Below are positions 9,981 to 19,937 of a stretch of DNA of 64,000 bases, in pieces (the stretch's first letter is position 1; each line of letters opens with the position of its first letter). The notes beneath the pieces were generated by a model. The model was not told the origin of the DNA, searched no databases, and saw only the letters and a program-made list of their open reading frames with translations. Where the stretch lies: positions 3,648,001 to 3,712,000 of the forward strand of contig OZ242011.1 in assembly GCA_965204755.1 (NCBI GenBank), written 5' to 3'. This stretch comes from Candidatus Marinacidobacterium sp. Its GTDB lineage: Bacteria; Acidobacteriota; Vicinamibacteria; Marinacidobacterales; Marinacidobacteraceae. Position numbers and translations under genes: made by a program.

Positions 9981-11015
9981 CTACCTCCCGCCGGCGAGCG
10001 GTCTCCCGGTTTCCCGCGGCCGGGGAGAGCCGGCGGCGGTGAGGGCCGCGAACAGGCCCGCCGCGGCGGCCGCCGGGCCGAGTTCCGGGACTCCCGAAAG
10101 CCAGAGGACGCCGCCGACCGCCGCGGCGGCGCCGGCGAACACGGAAAGCGGGCGCCGAATGCGGGCGAGAGCCCGCGCCGTCGCGCGCCAGGCGCTCCCT
10201 TCCGGGTCGACGCGGCGGCTCATGACCAGGTAGTCCCTCGCGAACCCCGCGAGGAACGGGACGCCCAGCGCGATGGACGCCGGGCCGAACCATTGCGGGG
10301 ACGCTGCGGGGGCGAGGCTCGCGGCGACCAGCGCCATCTGGAATCCGGCGAGGCGACGCCGGAACGGGCTCGGGTCCAGCGATCCTCGGCGGCGGCCCGA
10401 CCGGGACTCCGCGGCGAGCGTGGCCCCGGCCAGGTACCGGGCGAAGCCCGCGGCGAGGTACCAGCGGGGCAGGGCGCCGGTCGAAGCGGCGTAGAGGCTG
10501 CCGGCGGCCAGGCCTAGGGCGTCGGTCTCCCGGTCGAGGAGCGCTCCGAACGGCGTCGCGAAACCGGCGCGCCGGGCGACCGCGCCGTCGAGGGCGTCAG
10601 CCAGGACCGCCGGCGCGTAGAGGAGGAACGGGAGCCAGGCGCCGGCGCCGGTCTCGACCGGTGACCACGCCAGGACCGCCGTCTGCCCGGCGAGGAGAGA
10701 GACCAGCCCGAGGCGGAGCAGGGTGATCGGTACGGCCGGCCCCAGCGGCCCGGCGGGCGTTTCGGCGCCATTTCGCGTCGAACGATGGAGCGAGATCGTC
10801 CGCGAGGCCAAACCGGCTACCGCGAGGAACGCCGCCAGCCCCGCGGCCGTGGCGGCGGCTTCCGGGAACGCCCGGTCGGGCGGGAGGAAGAAGACGATGC
10901 GAACCGCCCCGAAAGCGAGGACGGCCGCGAGTCCGGCGGCCGCCGCCCGGCGGAATCGATGGCGGAGGGCCGCCTCGCCGGCGGCGCCGGCGCCGGGCGG
11001 AGACCGAAAGCGCAA
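9981..11015 (-). CDS. CDP-alcohol phosphatidyltransferase family membrane protein
   Basis: DALDGAVARR...FGALLDRETD matches the DxxDGxxAR...GxxxDxxxD signature; multiple TM segments. Confidence 0.85.
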   Translation of the reverse strand: MRFRSPPGAGAAGEAALRHRFRRAAAAGLAAVLAFGAVRIVFFLPPDRAFPEAAATAAGLAAFLAVAGLASRTISLHRSTRNGAETPAGPLGPAVPITLLRLGLVSLLAGQTAVLAWSPVETGAGAWLPFLLYAPAVLADALDGAVARRAGFATPFGALLDRETDALGLAAGSLYAASTGALPRWYLAAGFARYLAGATLAAESRSGRRRGSLDPSPFRRRLAGFQMALVAASLAPAASPQWFGPASIALGVPFLAGFARDYLVMSRRVDPEGSAWRATARALARIRRPLSVFAGAAAAVGGVLWLSGVPELGPAAAAAGLFAALTAAGSPRPRETGRPLAGGR

Positions 11016-11020
11016 GGGAG

Positions 11021-11249
11021 TCAGCAGCCCGTGGAAAGGGCGCCCCGCCTTCCCTTATCGACCGTCGAAGCATGAAGTCCCTCCGCCCGGGTTCCCCGCG
11101 GGGCGCCTTTCCCGCGGGCGCGGCGCGAATCGCTGCGCGATTCCCCCCGCCGTCCGTCGCGGGGAAGGGGAAACCCCCTCCCCGCGCGCCTCCCCCCGGC
11201 GCTTCGCGCCGAAGGGGCTTTCCTCCGGACTTTCTCCACGGGCCGTTAG
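11021..11249. mobile_element. MITE-like intergenic element with imperfect terminal inverted repeats
   Basis: Left end cagcagcccgtggaaag and right end ctttctccacgggccgttag; related ends recur at 27986-28000 and 29446-29459. Confidence 0.45.
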
Positions 11250-11365
11250 GTTACGGACACCGCCCTCCAGAGGGCGGGACGGCGGGCGGGTGGCCGGCTC
11301 GCGGCGATAATCCCCGGTTCCGTTTTTCCGCCGTCGTCGGCCGAAACCCGCCGGGAGGCGCCCCT

Positions 11366-12991
11366 TTGCGACAGATCACCGAGTCCGTTTCACTCTTCTC
11401 TTCTCGTGACTCCCGACCGGGGTCGAAGGCCGCGGCGGGGCTCGCGCTCGCCGTCTGGTTCGCCGGCGCCGCCGCCGCCCGCGGCGAGGTGGCGTTCCCG
11501 CCGCAGGGTGAGGCGCCGGAAGCGGGTTCCGGGTCGGAGGGCGCCGACGCGGCCGCTGTCGAGACGCGGAACGAAGTCGTGGTCGGAGGAAGTCCGCTCC
11601 GCTACACCGCCGAAGCCGGCACGCTGCCGATCCGCTCGGACGCCGGCGAGACCGAAGGCGAGATCTTCTACATCGCCTACACCGCGGAGGACGACAGCGC
11701 CCCCGCCGACCGCCCGCTCACTTTCTCGTTCAACGGCGGCCCCGGCTCTTCGTCGGTCTGGCTCCACCTGGGCGCGCTCGGCCCCCGGCGCGTGAAGATG
11801 CTGGAAGACGGCGGCCTGCCGGCGCCTCCGTACTCCCTCGTGGACAACGAGTCCTCGTGGCTCGACCTCACCGACCTGGTCTTCATCGACCCGGTGGGAA
11901 CCGGCTACAGCCGCCCCGAGACCGAGGCCGACGGCGAGAAGTTCTGGGGCCTCGAGCAGGACATCCGCAGCGTCGGCGAGTTCATCCGGCTGTACCTGAC
12001 GAGGAACGAGAGGTGGGCCTCGCCGCTCTACCTGGTCGGGGAGAGTTACGGCACGACGCGCGCCGCCGGCCTGAGCGGCTACCTGGTGAGCCGTTCCGGC
12101 ATCGCCTTCAACGGCGTGCTGCTGGTGTCCACGGTCCTGGACTTCGGGGAGATCCGGTTCCGGGAAGGAAACGACCTCCCGTACCTCACCTTCTTCCCGA
12201 CCTACGCCGCGACGGCCTGGTACCACGGCGCGCTGCGGGAGGAATGGCCGAGTCTCGACGACCTGCTCGACGAAGCGCGGCGCTTTGCGTACGAGGACTA
12301 TTGGCCGGCGCTCGCGCGGGGCGCGGAACTGGCGCCGGCCGAGCGGTCGCGCATCGCCGAGGAAGCGGCGCGCCTCACCGGGCTCGACCCCGGCTGGGTG
12401 GAGGACGCCGACCTCCGCATCGAAGCGGGCCGGTTCCGCAAGGAGTTGTTGCGCGACCGCGGGCGGACGGTGGGCCGGCTCGACAGCCGTTTCCTGGGCC
12501 GGGATCGGGACGACGCCGGCGAGACCTTCGAGTTCGATCCGAGCATGGCGGCGATCCGCGCGCCGTACACCGCGGCGTTCAACGACTATGTGCGGCGGGA
12601 ACTCGGTTACGAGGACGAAAAGCACTACTGGATCCTCGGCGGCGGCATCGGCCGGTGGGACTTCGGCGGCGGCAACGGCTACGCCGAGACGAGGAGCGCC
12701 CTCCGGGACGCCATGCTGCGGAACCCGTACATGCGGGTGTTCGTCGCCTCCGGTTACTACGACATGGCGACGCCGTTCTTCGGCGCCGAATACACGATGA
12801 ACCACCTGGGGATTCCGCCGGAACTGCGGGAGAACATCACGATCGCCGAGTACGAATCCGGACACATGATGTACATCGACGAGCCGTCGCTGGTGAAGTT
12901 CAAACTCGATGTCGCAGCCTTCTACGCGGGCTCTTCGGAGAATCCCGCCGGGCTCGTCGTTCCCGCGCCCAAACCCGGCGGAAACGAATAG
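11366..12991 (+). CDS. Peptidase S10 serine carboxypeptidase, secreted
   Basis: FNGGPGSSS, FIDPVGTGYS, GESYG (catalytic Ser) and SGHMMY (His); TTG start preceded by GGAGG. Confidence 0.92.
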   Translation: MRQITESVSLFSSRDSRPGSKAAAGLALAVWFAGAAAARGEVAFPPQGEAPEAGSGSEGADAAAVETRNEVVVGGSPLRYTAEAGTLPIRSDAGETEGEIFYIAYTAEDDSAPADRPLTFSFNGGPGSSSVWLHLGALGPRRVKMLEDGGLPAPPYSLVDNESSWLDLTDLVFIDPVGTGYSRPETEADGEKFWGLEQDIRSVGEFIRLYLTRNERWASPLYLVGESYGTTRAAGLSGYLVSRSGIAFNGVLLVSTVLDFGEIRFREGNDLPYLTFFPTYAATAWYHGALREEWPSLDDLLDEARRFAYEDYWPALARGAELAPAERSRIAEEAARLTGLDPGWVEDADLRIEAGRFRKELLRDRGRTVGRLDSRFLGRDRDDAGETFEFDPSMAAIRAPYTAAFNDYVRRELGYEDEKHYWILGGGIGRWDFGGGNGYAETRSALRDAMLRNPYMRVFVASGYYDMATPFFGAEYTMNHLGIPPELRENITIAEYESGHMMYIDEPSLVKFKLDVAAFYAGSSENPAGLVVPAPKPGGNE

Positions 12992-13079
12992 CCCGCCCGC
13001 CCCTTTTTCCGGAACGGCGCCCGTGGCGCGTCCCGTTTCCTCTCCTGCTCCTCCCCGCTCCACCGGAGGCCCAGTCCCC

Positions 13080-15623
13080 ATGACCGAGAACCCTTCCTTC
13101 CGCCGCCGTGCTCGCCTCCTCCGGGTTGCGGTCCTTCCGCTCGCGCTCTCCTGGGCGGCGGCCGCCGGGGCGCAGGGCGCCGCCTCCGGGGAAATGCCGA
13201 CCATCGAGTCCCGGACCTCCGGGATGACCGCGATCCCGGGGTTCGCGCCGCTCCACTGGGACGAGACCACGGGGAGACTGTTCGCCGAACTCGTTCCCGG
13301 CGGCGAAGGGTTCCTGTACCAGGTTTCGCTCGCTTCGGGCCTGGGCAGCAACCCGGTGGGTCTCGACCGCGGACAACTCAGCATGACCGCCATCCTGGAG
13401 CCGATGCGCATCGGCCCGCGCGTGCTGCTCATGGAGCCGAATGTGGGTTACCGGGCGATCAGCGACAACCCGGAGGAAGTGCGCGCGGTGGAAGACGCCT
13501 TCGCGCCGTCCGTCCTCTGGGGCTTTTCGGTGGAGGCCGAAACCGGGGACCGCGTGCTGGTGGACACGACCGACTTCTTCCTCCGCGACACCCACGGCGC
13601 GGCGGAGCGGATCCGCAGGGCCGGGCAGGGGGACTTCCGGGTGGATCGCGACCGGAGCGCGTTCTTCCTGCCGCGGACGAAGGGGTTTCCCGACAACACG
13701 GAAGTGGAGACGCTCCTCACCTTCACCAGCGACGCCCCGGGGCCGCTGGTTCGAGGCGTGGCGGCGAGCGGCGAAGCCGTGACCCTGCGCCAGCACCACT
13801 CGCTGGTGCGGCTTCCCGGCCCGGGATTCGAAGTGCGGGAAGCGGACCCGCGCATCGGCGTGAACGGCCCGCAGTTCATGGACTACGCGACGCCGATCGA
13901 CGAGCCGATGACCGTGCGGCTGACTTCCCGGCACCGGCTCCAAAAACGCGATCCCTCGGCGGAACGGTCCGAGCCGGTGGAGCCGATCGTCTATTACCTC
14001 GACCCGGGCGTGCCGGAACCGGTGCGGAGCGCCCTGCTCGACGGCGCCCGGTGGTGGAGCGAGGCGTTCGAGGCGGCAGGATTCATCGACGCCTTCCGCG
14101 TCGAAGTCCTGCCGCCCGGCGCCGACGCGCAGGACATCCGCTACAACATGATCCACTGGACGCACCGCCGGACGCGCGGCTGGTCCTACGGAGGCTCGGT
14201 CCGCGATCCGCGCACCGGCGAAATCATCAAGGGGAATGTGAACCTGGGCAGCCTGCGGCTTCGCCAGGACCACCTGCACGGCATCGGGCTGGTGGCGCCC
14301 TACGGCGCTTCGGCCATGGGACTGCCGCCCGACCCGGGCGGCCCCCATTCCTGCGGGCTGTCGTCCGCGCCGGGGTTCGCGTACCTGGCGCAAGTCGCCG
14401 ACGGCGCCGACTCGGTGGAACTCGCGCTCGCCCGGGTGCGGCAACTCTCCGCCCACGAAGTCGGGCACACGCTCGGTTTCCCGCACAACTACCTGTCCTC
14501 GACCTACGACGGCCGGGCGAGCGTCATGGACTACCCGGCGCCGCTGGTCGTCATGGAAGACGACGGTTCGCTCTCGCTCGCCGAAGCCTACGGCGTGGGG
14601 GTGGGTTCCTACGATGTCCTCTCGGTGCGCTGGGCGTACGGCCACTTCCCGCCGGAGGAGACCGCTTCCCGGCTCGACGCCATCGTGCGCGAGGGCCTCT
14701 CGTCCGAAACCCGGTTCCTGGCGCATACGGACAACTACATCGGCGCCGGGGCGCATCCGTTCGCGTCCGTATGGGACAACGGGGGCGACCTGGTGCGCCA
14801 CCTGGAGCGCGAGATCGAGATCCGCCGGGCGGGGCTCGACGCCTTCGGCGAGAATGTGGTCCGACCGGGCGACCCGATGTCCGACCTCGAGCCGGTGCTC
14901 GTCCCGCTCTACCTCCACCACCGGTTCCAGTTGAAAGCGGCGATGAACACCATCGGCGGGCAGGAGTACTACTATGCGATTCGCGGCGACGGGCAGTCAC
15001 CGGTGGCGAAGATTCCCGGCGACCGGCAACGACACGCGCTCGAGGTCGTGCTCCGCACCCTGGATACGGACTTCCTGGCGGTGCCGGAACGGATCGTGGA
15101 CCTGATTCCGCCGCCGGCGTACCGGGAGACGGGAGGCGAAACCTTCGACGGCCATACCGGTTTGGTGTTCGATCCGCTGGCGGCCGCCGACGCTTCCGCG
15201 GATTACACGATCGAGTTGCTGCTCCACCCCGAGCGGATGGCGCGCCTCGTCAACAACCACGCGCTCGACCCGGAGCAGCCCGGACTCGGCGAAGTGCTCG
15301 ACCGGCTCCTCGAAACGACCTGGGGCGCCGACGAACCGGGCGACGACTACCGCAAGGCGGTGCAGCAGGCGGCGGAGCGCAGCGCGCTGAACGGACTCAT
15401 GCGCGAGGCGAGCAACCCGGACAATCCGGCGCGGGTGCGCGCCGTCGTCGAGGATCGGCTCGCCGCGCTCGGGGATCGGCTCGGCGCCGCCGAGGGTCTC
15501 AGCCCGCACGAGCGGTTGGCGTTCGCCGACATCGGCCGCTTCCTGGCGCGGGAGCAGAGTCTCGATCCGAACGCCCGCCGTCCGACCCTCCCGCCGGGCT
15601 CGCCCATCGGCTCCCCGCGATAG
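13080..15623 (+). CDS. Zinc-dependent metalloprotease (DUF5117/DUF4953, EcxA-like), secreted
   Basis: HEVGHTLGFPHN plus Met-turn ASVMDY; signal peptide; GGAGG upstream. Confidence 0.88.
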   Translation: MTENPSFRRRARLLRVAVLPLALSWAAAAGAQGAASGEMPTIESRTSGMTAIPGFAPLHWDETTGRLFAELVPGGEGFLYQVSLASGLGSNPVGLDRGQLSMTAILEPMRIGPRVLLMEPNVGYRAISDNPEEVRAVEDAFAPSVLWGFSVEAETGDRVLVDTTDFFLRDTHGAAERIRRAGQGDFRVDRDRSAFFLPRTKGFPDNTEVETLLTFTSDAPGPLVRGVAASGEAVTLRQHHSLVRLPGPGFEVREADPRIGVNGPQFMDYATPIDEPMTVRLTSRHRLQKRDPSAERSEPVEPIVYYLDPGVPEPVRSALLDGARWWSEAFEAAGFIDAFRVEVLPPGADAQDIRYNMIHWTHRRTRGWSYGGSVRDPRTGEIIKGNVNLGSLRLRQDHLHGIGLVAPYGASAMGLPPDPGGPHSCGLSSAPGFAYLAQVADGADSVELALARVRQLSAHEVGHTLGFPHNYLSSTYDGRASVMDYPAPLVVMEDDGSLSLAEAYGVGVGSYDVLSVRWAYGHFPPEETASRLDAIVREGLSSETRFLAHTDNYIGAGAHPFASVWDNGGDLVRHLEREIEIRRAGLDAFGENVVRPGDPMSDLEPVLVPLYLHHRFQLKAAMNTIGGQEYYYAIRGDGQSPVAKIPGDRQRHALEVVLRTLDTDFLAVPERIVDLIPPPAYRETGGETFDGHTGLVFDPLAAADASADYTIELLLHPERMARLVNNHALDPEQPGLGEVLDRLLETTWGADEPGDDYRKAVQQAAERSALNGLMREASNPDNPARVRAVVEDRLAALGDRLGAAEGLSPHERLAFADIGRFLAREQSLDPNARRPTLPPGSPIGSPR

Positions 15624-15656
15624 GCCGCCGGCGGCGCGTCCCGCGGGGCGGTCCGG

Positions 15657-15680
15657 CCCGCGGGGTTTCCCCCGCGGCGG
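15657..15680. terminator. GC hairpin between convergent genes, possible terminator
   Basis: ccgcgggg-tttc-ccccgcgg stem-loop; no clear U-tract. Confidence 0.3.
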
Positions 15681-15696
15681 GCGCCGGGCCGCGCGC

Positions 15697-17358
15697 CTAT
15701 GGGGAGTTCAGCGGAACCCGCAGTCCGAACTCCCGGTGGGCGCGGTAGATCTCCGGGCGGCGGTCGGCGCTGAGTTCCAGGGCCCAGACCTCGCGCCCGG
15801 TCGCGTCCACTTCGAGGACGACCTCGTCCCGCAGCCGGCCGCCGAAACCCGTCGTGATCGACCAGTTCCCGTCGGGCAGCACCTGCACCGCCCCGGCGAT
15901 CGGCGAGGAGAACAACCGGCGGTACTCGCGGGAGAACGCGGCGTTGCCCTCCGTGAGTCGGTATTCGACGACCCGCGTGTGGTGGTTTTGGAAGATCTCC
16001 CCGGGCTCGCGCCTTCCGCGCGGGTCGGAGGGGCAGCGCACCCCGTTGTCGAGGAGCGTGATCGTTCCCGGCGGGTGCTCGATCGCCGTGTGCTGCCCGC
16101 AGAAACCGGCGGGCTCCGGGTCGCCGACGATGGGATAGTGGATGCGGCCGTCGGCGATCGCCGGCGCCGCGCCGCCCAGTTGCCAGAGGACCCGGCCGGA
16201 AGGGCGCTCGATCTTGAGCACCTGGCCGCATCCCCGGAACGACGCCACGATGTCCCCGTCCGAGAGGAACAGGGAATTCAGGTGCGCGTAGTCGTCCGGA
16301 AAGAAGTCCGCCACCAGGCAATCCGGGATGGCGAGGTTCGGGCCGCTCCCGTCGGCGCGCTCCCAGGAGTTCCACTCGAAGACGACTTCGCCGTCGGGAG
16401 TGACTTCCTGGATCACGGAGTCGCGGGTGGGTTCCGCAGCGGAGTAGGAGTACTCCCCGTTCTCGTCGGGATAGGGACTCAGGTCCCGCTCCGCCGGGCG
16501 ATAGACGACGAACAGGTAGTTCCCTTCTTCGGTGAGGGTGAAGTCGTGGAAGTCGAGGCCGGCGATGCCGACGGGCTCGACACGACGAATCGGGGACAGG
16601 TTCTCGTCGAGCAGCACGATTTCCACCTCGGCCGGCTCGTCCTCGCCGGCGCCCTCCGGTTGGGGCAGCGTCCGGGCATAGGAGTAGAGGCCGTGCTTTC
16701 CGTGCCAACGGAAGTTGTAGGCGCGCTCGCGCACGCGGCGATGGAATCGGGGGACGCCGTTGTCGTCGAGGATCGCGATGTGGGAGATCCGCTCCCCCGT
16801 CTCCGAGAGGTAGGAGGGATCCACCAGCAACAGCCCGTCGGATCGTCTCGGCGCCCGGCTCACGGTCCGCGCCGCGGAGGGGAAGTCGAGGCTGACGCAG
16901 TGGACGGTGTATTGCGCCGAAGATCTTCCGGCCCGGACTTCGAGGGTCACCGCCCGGCCGGGCCCGGAGGGGACTTCGCGGTCTTCGAGCGGGAGCGGGA
17001 GGGAAACCCCCTCGAGGATCACGGCGGAGACGCCGGGAGGGGCGGCGGCGGAAACGGAGAGGGTTTCCGGGTCGCCGCAGCGGACGGCGTAGTGGCGGAT
17101 CTCCGGGGAGAACTCCGGAGTCATCGGGAGGGTCGTTTCCGGCTCGCTCCCGGCCGCCGACACCCGGAGCGCGGACAGCGTCGGAGGGGCCGAGCCGGTC
17201 GAGCGGGACGAGCAGGAGGCGGCGACCCCGGCGGCCGCGCCGAGAAGGACGGCGGCGGCCGGGAGCCGGAGGGAGCGGACCGAACGGCGCGCCGCGCGGT
17301 TCGCCTCCCTGCGGGCGGCGGCGGGGAAGGGAAGAGGCGCGAGTCGGGGCGGATTCAT
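15697..17358 (-). CDS. Arylsulfotransferase (ASST)-like lipoprotein with N-terminal cadherin-like beta-sandwich
   Basis: Lipobox AASC; PEFSPEIRHY beta-sandwich; DFHDF, FEWNS, DYAHLNS, GQH and LLDNG motifs of ASST propellers. Confidence 0.78.
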   Translation of the reverse strand: MNPPRLAPLPFPAAARREANRAARRSVRSLRLPAAAVLLGAAAGVAASCSSRSTGSAPPTLSALRVSAAGSEPETTLPMTPEFSPEIRHYAVRCGDPETLSVSAAAPPGVSAVILEGVSLPLPLEDREVPSGPGRAVTLEVRAGRSSAQYTVHCVSLDFPSAARTVSRAPRRSDGLLLVDPSYLSETGERISHIAILDDNGVPRFHRRVRERAYNFRWHGKHGLYSYARTLPQPEGAGEDEPAEVEIVLLDENLSPIRRVEPVGIAGLDFHDFTLTEEGNYLFVVYRPAERDLSPYPDENGEYSYSAAEPTRDSVIQEVTPDGEVVFEWNSWERADGSGPNLAIPDCLVADFFPDDYAHLNSLFLSDGDIVASFRGCGQVLKIERPSGRVLWQLGGAAPAIADGRIHYPIVGDPEPAGFCGQHTAIEHPPGTITLLDNGVRCPSDPRGRREPGEIFQNHHTRVVEYRLTEGNAAFSREYRRLFSSPIAGAVQVLPDGNWSITTGFGGRLRDEVVLEVDATGREVWALELSADRRPEIYRAHREFGLRVPLNSP

Positions 17359-17365
17359 CGGCGGT

Positions 17366-18889
17366 TCAGTCCGGACTCCCGGCGCCGTTCGAGAATTCGG
17401 CGGCGGACCGGGCGCGAAGTTCCGGGTAGGGTCGGTCGGCGAGCGGGGTGGCGAGGACCGACGCCCGGGTGCGGAGCATCATGTGGAGGGCCGGTTCGGG
17501 ACGGAAGAAGGAGCCGGTGCGCTGCGGGTGGTACCCGATGACCACCAGGTCGCCGGGGCGGGTGAGACGGCGCAGTTCCCGCGGGGGGTTCCCTTCGGCG
17601 TGGACCACCGGGAGTCGGACGCGGTAGAGCCCGGCCATCCGCTCGATCGCGCTCTCCGCCGCCCGGAGGTCCTCGCGCTCCCGGTCACCCCCGATCGCTC
17701 CCGGCGGCCTGATCGAGAGCGCCGCCAGGGGGATCTCGAACTGGCTGGCGAGCCCGATCGCCGTCTCGGCGGCGGGAAGCGCGCTCGCCGGGTCGGTGAC
17801 CGGAACCACCACCCGCTCCCACGGGAAACTGCCGCCGGGGAGCAGCACCGGGCAGGGGAAGCGGGCCATCAGCGAGAGGAAGCGCGCCGTGCTCAGCCCG
17901 AGCCGCGCGGTGATGGACGGCTCGCCCCGGCCGATCACCACGCAGCCGGCGTCCTGCCGCGCGAGCGCCACCGGGTCGTCGCCCGGGCCGATTCGCGAAA
18001 GCGTGGACTCGGGGACCCGGAAGTCGGAGGGCGGCGCGACGCCCTCGGCGGCGACGATCCGGAAGTGCCGGGCGCGGGAGGCGCGGAACAGGTACTCCGC
18101 CTCCCGCCACGCGATGTCGGGGAGGGGCCCCTCCGACAGGAGGACGATGTGGCTTCCGAACTGCAGCGGGAAGAGGGACTTCCCCTCCCGCAGGAACTCC
18201 GCGGCGCCCGGGGCGACTTCCGGCTCGCCGGTGATGAGCAGCCGGTCCCCGGCCTGGATCACCGCGTCGCCATGGGGCACATGGAAGCGGTCGGCCCGGT
18301 AGATCCCGGCGACGATCCACTTACGGGCGCCGAGGTCGCGCAGCCGCGCGCCGACCGCCGGGGAGGTGGGGAGCACCTGGATCTCGCGGATCTCGCCGCG
18401 GCCGAGGCCGAGCGAAGTGGAGACCCGATGGGACCTCTCTATCCGGTTCTGGATCTGGCTGGCGATCACCGTCGGCGCCACGATGCTGTCGGCGCCGGTG
18501 GCGCGCAGCCGTTCGCCCCTCGACGAGGCCCGCAGGGTGCCGATCGCGCCCGGCTTGGGCTCCATCCCGGAGGCCACGCGGCAGACCTCGATGTTCACCG
18601 AGTCCCGGTCGGTCGCGGCGACCACCCATTCGGCGTCGTCCGCGCCGGCGTCGCGCAGGGTGAGCGCGCTCGTGCCGTCGCGCTCCAGCGTCTCGAGGAG
18701 CGGGGCCTCCCCGGCCTCTTCGCGCAGGCGGCGGAGTTTCTCCGGATCGGTGTCCACGACCACCACCCGCCGGTCGCGCGAGAGTTCGACCGCCAGGTGG
18801 CGCCCGGTCTGCCCGGCGCCCACGATGACGATCCGGTGGCGTCCGTCGTCCGGCGGCCCGGAGGGCTCCGGAGGCGTTGCGGGAGGCAT
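17366..18889 (-). CDS. TrkA_N/TrkA_C (RCK) protein fused to universal-stress-like domains
   Basis: IVGAGQTG Rossmann, AATDRDSVN, TrkA_C (PHGDAVIQAGDRL); C-terminal USP-like VVVPV, EGNP and LVVIG. Confidence 0.8.
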   Translation of the reverse strand: MPPATPPEPSGPPDDGRHRIVIVGAGQTGRHLAVELSRDRRVVVVDTDPEKLRRLREEAGEAPLLETLERDGTSALTLRDAGADDAEWVVAATDRDSVNIEVCRVASGMEPKPGAIGTLRASSRGERLRATGADSIVAPTVIASQIQNRIERSHRVSTSLGLGRGEIREIQVLPTSPAVGARLRDLGARKWIVAGIYRADRFHVPHGDAVIQAGDRLLITGEPEVAPGAAEFLREGKSLFPLQFGSHIVLLSEGPLPDIAWREAEYLFRASRARHFRIVAAEGVAPPSDFRVPESTLSRIGPGDDPVALARQDAGCVVIGRGEPSITARLGLSTARFLSLMARFPCPVLLPGGSFPWERVVVPVTDPASALPAAETAIGLASQFEIPLAALSIRPPGAIGGDREREDLRAAESAIERMAGLYRVRLPVVHAEGNPPRELRRLTRPGDLVVIGYHPQRTGSFFRPEPALHMMLRTRASVLATPLADRPYPELRARSAAEFSNGAGSPD

Positions 18890-18993
18890 GGTCGGGCGCC
18901 GGGGCCTACGGCCTCCGGACCGCGAAGGGGGCCGGAGGCCGGGCGGCCGGAACTACGCGCGGAGCGGCCGGCCGGCGGGGCGTACCCGGTGGA

Positions 18994-19812
18994 TCAGGAA
19001 CCCTGCCGCAGGGTGGCGCTGATGGTCGAGACCGCAGTGCCGGCCGGGCTGAACGGCGCCTTGTCGAGTTGGGAGATCGGCTGTTGCGGGTCGCTCGCGG
19101 CGTCCTCGGAGGTGTAGTCGTCGCCGTCGTCCGTTCCCGCGTCCCAGGCGACCGCGGTGAAGGCGATTTCTTCCTTCCACATGCCCTCCTCGTCCAAGGC
19201 GCAGATGCGGAAGCCGACGAACCAGTCCGGGCTGGGAGTGATCGCATTCGCGTAGGTGACGCAGGGGGCGGTGTAGGCGAGCGTGATCTCCCGGGTTACC
19301 GTGAGCAAACCCAGGATCTGCGTGCCGTTCCGGAACCGCACCACCGCTCCCATATCTTCCGCTTCGGCGATGAGCGCCGCGGGGTCGCCGTCATCCGACT
19401 CGGCCAGCATCTTCAGACCGTCGCTCGCCATGCCGTCGGCTTCCCAGATGACGAGGTCTTCCGGATGTTCCGCCATCATGAGACCGTCGGCTGCGGTCAC
19501 GCCTTCCGGATACGGCGCGGCGCCGAGTCCCTGCAGGAAGGCGTTGGAGGAGATGGCGGCGTTGAAGACGATGTCGTAGGTGGCTTCCGCCGGCTGTTCC
19601 GGCGTCGTGGGTTCCGGGGTCGGCGGCGGGGTCGGCGTGGTCGGCGTCGTGGGCGCGGGCGCCGGCGCTGCCGGAATCTGCGGCATGGACGGCGTCGAGT
19701 TGTCGCCGCAGGCGGCGAGGCCGAGACCGATGGCGAGGATGGCGAGCGCCGCCGACGCGGGGAGCCACGCCCGCGGGGCGCGGTGGGAACGGATGGCGGG
19801 AAGAAGCGTCAT
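18994..19812 (-). CDS. Spondin_N domain lipoprotein (paralog 1)
   Basis: Lipobox LAAC, Pro/Thr linker, ASDGLKMLAE, TPSPDWFVG and WDAGTDDG; ATG at 19812. Confidence 0.82.
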   Translation of the reverse strand: MTLLPAIRSHRAPRAWLPASAALAILAIGLGLAACGDNSTPSMPQIPAAPAPAPTTPTTPTPPPTPEPTTPEQPAEATYDIVFNAAISSNAFLQGLGAAPYPEGVTAADGLMMAEHPEDLVIWEADGMASDGLKMLAESDDGDPAALIAEAEDMGAVVRFRNGTQILGLLTVTREITLAYTAPCVTYANAITPSPDWFVGFRICALDEEGMWKEEIAFTAVAWDAGTDDGDDYTSEDAASDPQQPISQLDKAPFSPAGTAVSTISATLRQGS

Positions 19813-19937
19813 TTCGAGTCGAACTCCTGGCGAGGCGGAAGGCCGGCGAAGCGCCCCGGAAGGGGCGATGGTTCCGCCGAGAATATACCGCCGCCGCGCG
19901 CGCGGCCCCGGACGAGGGGCCGCGGCGACGGCGTCGG

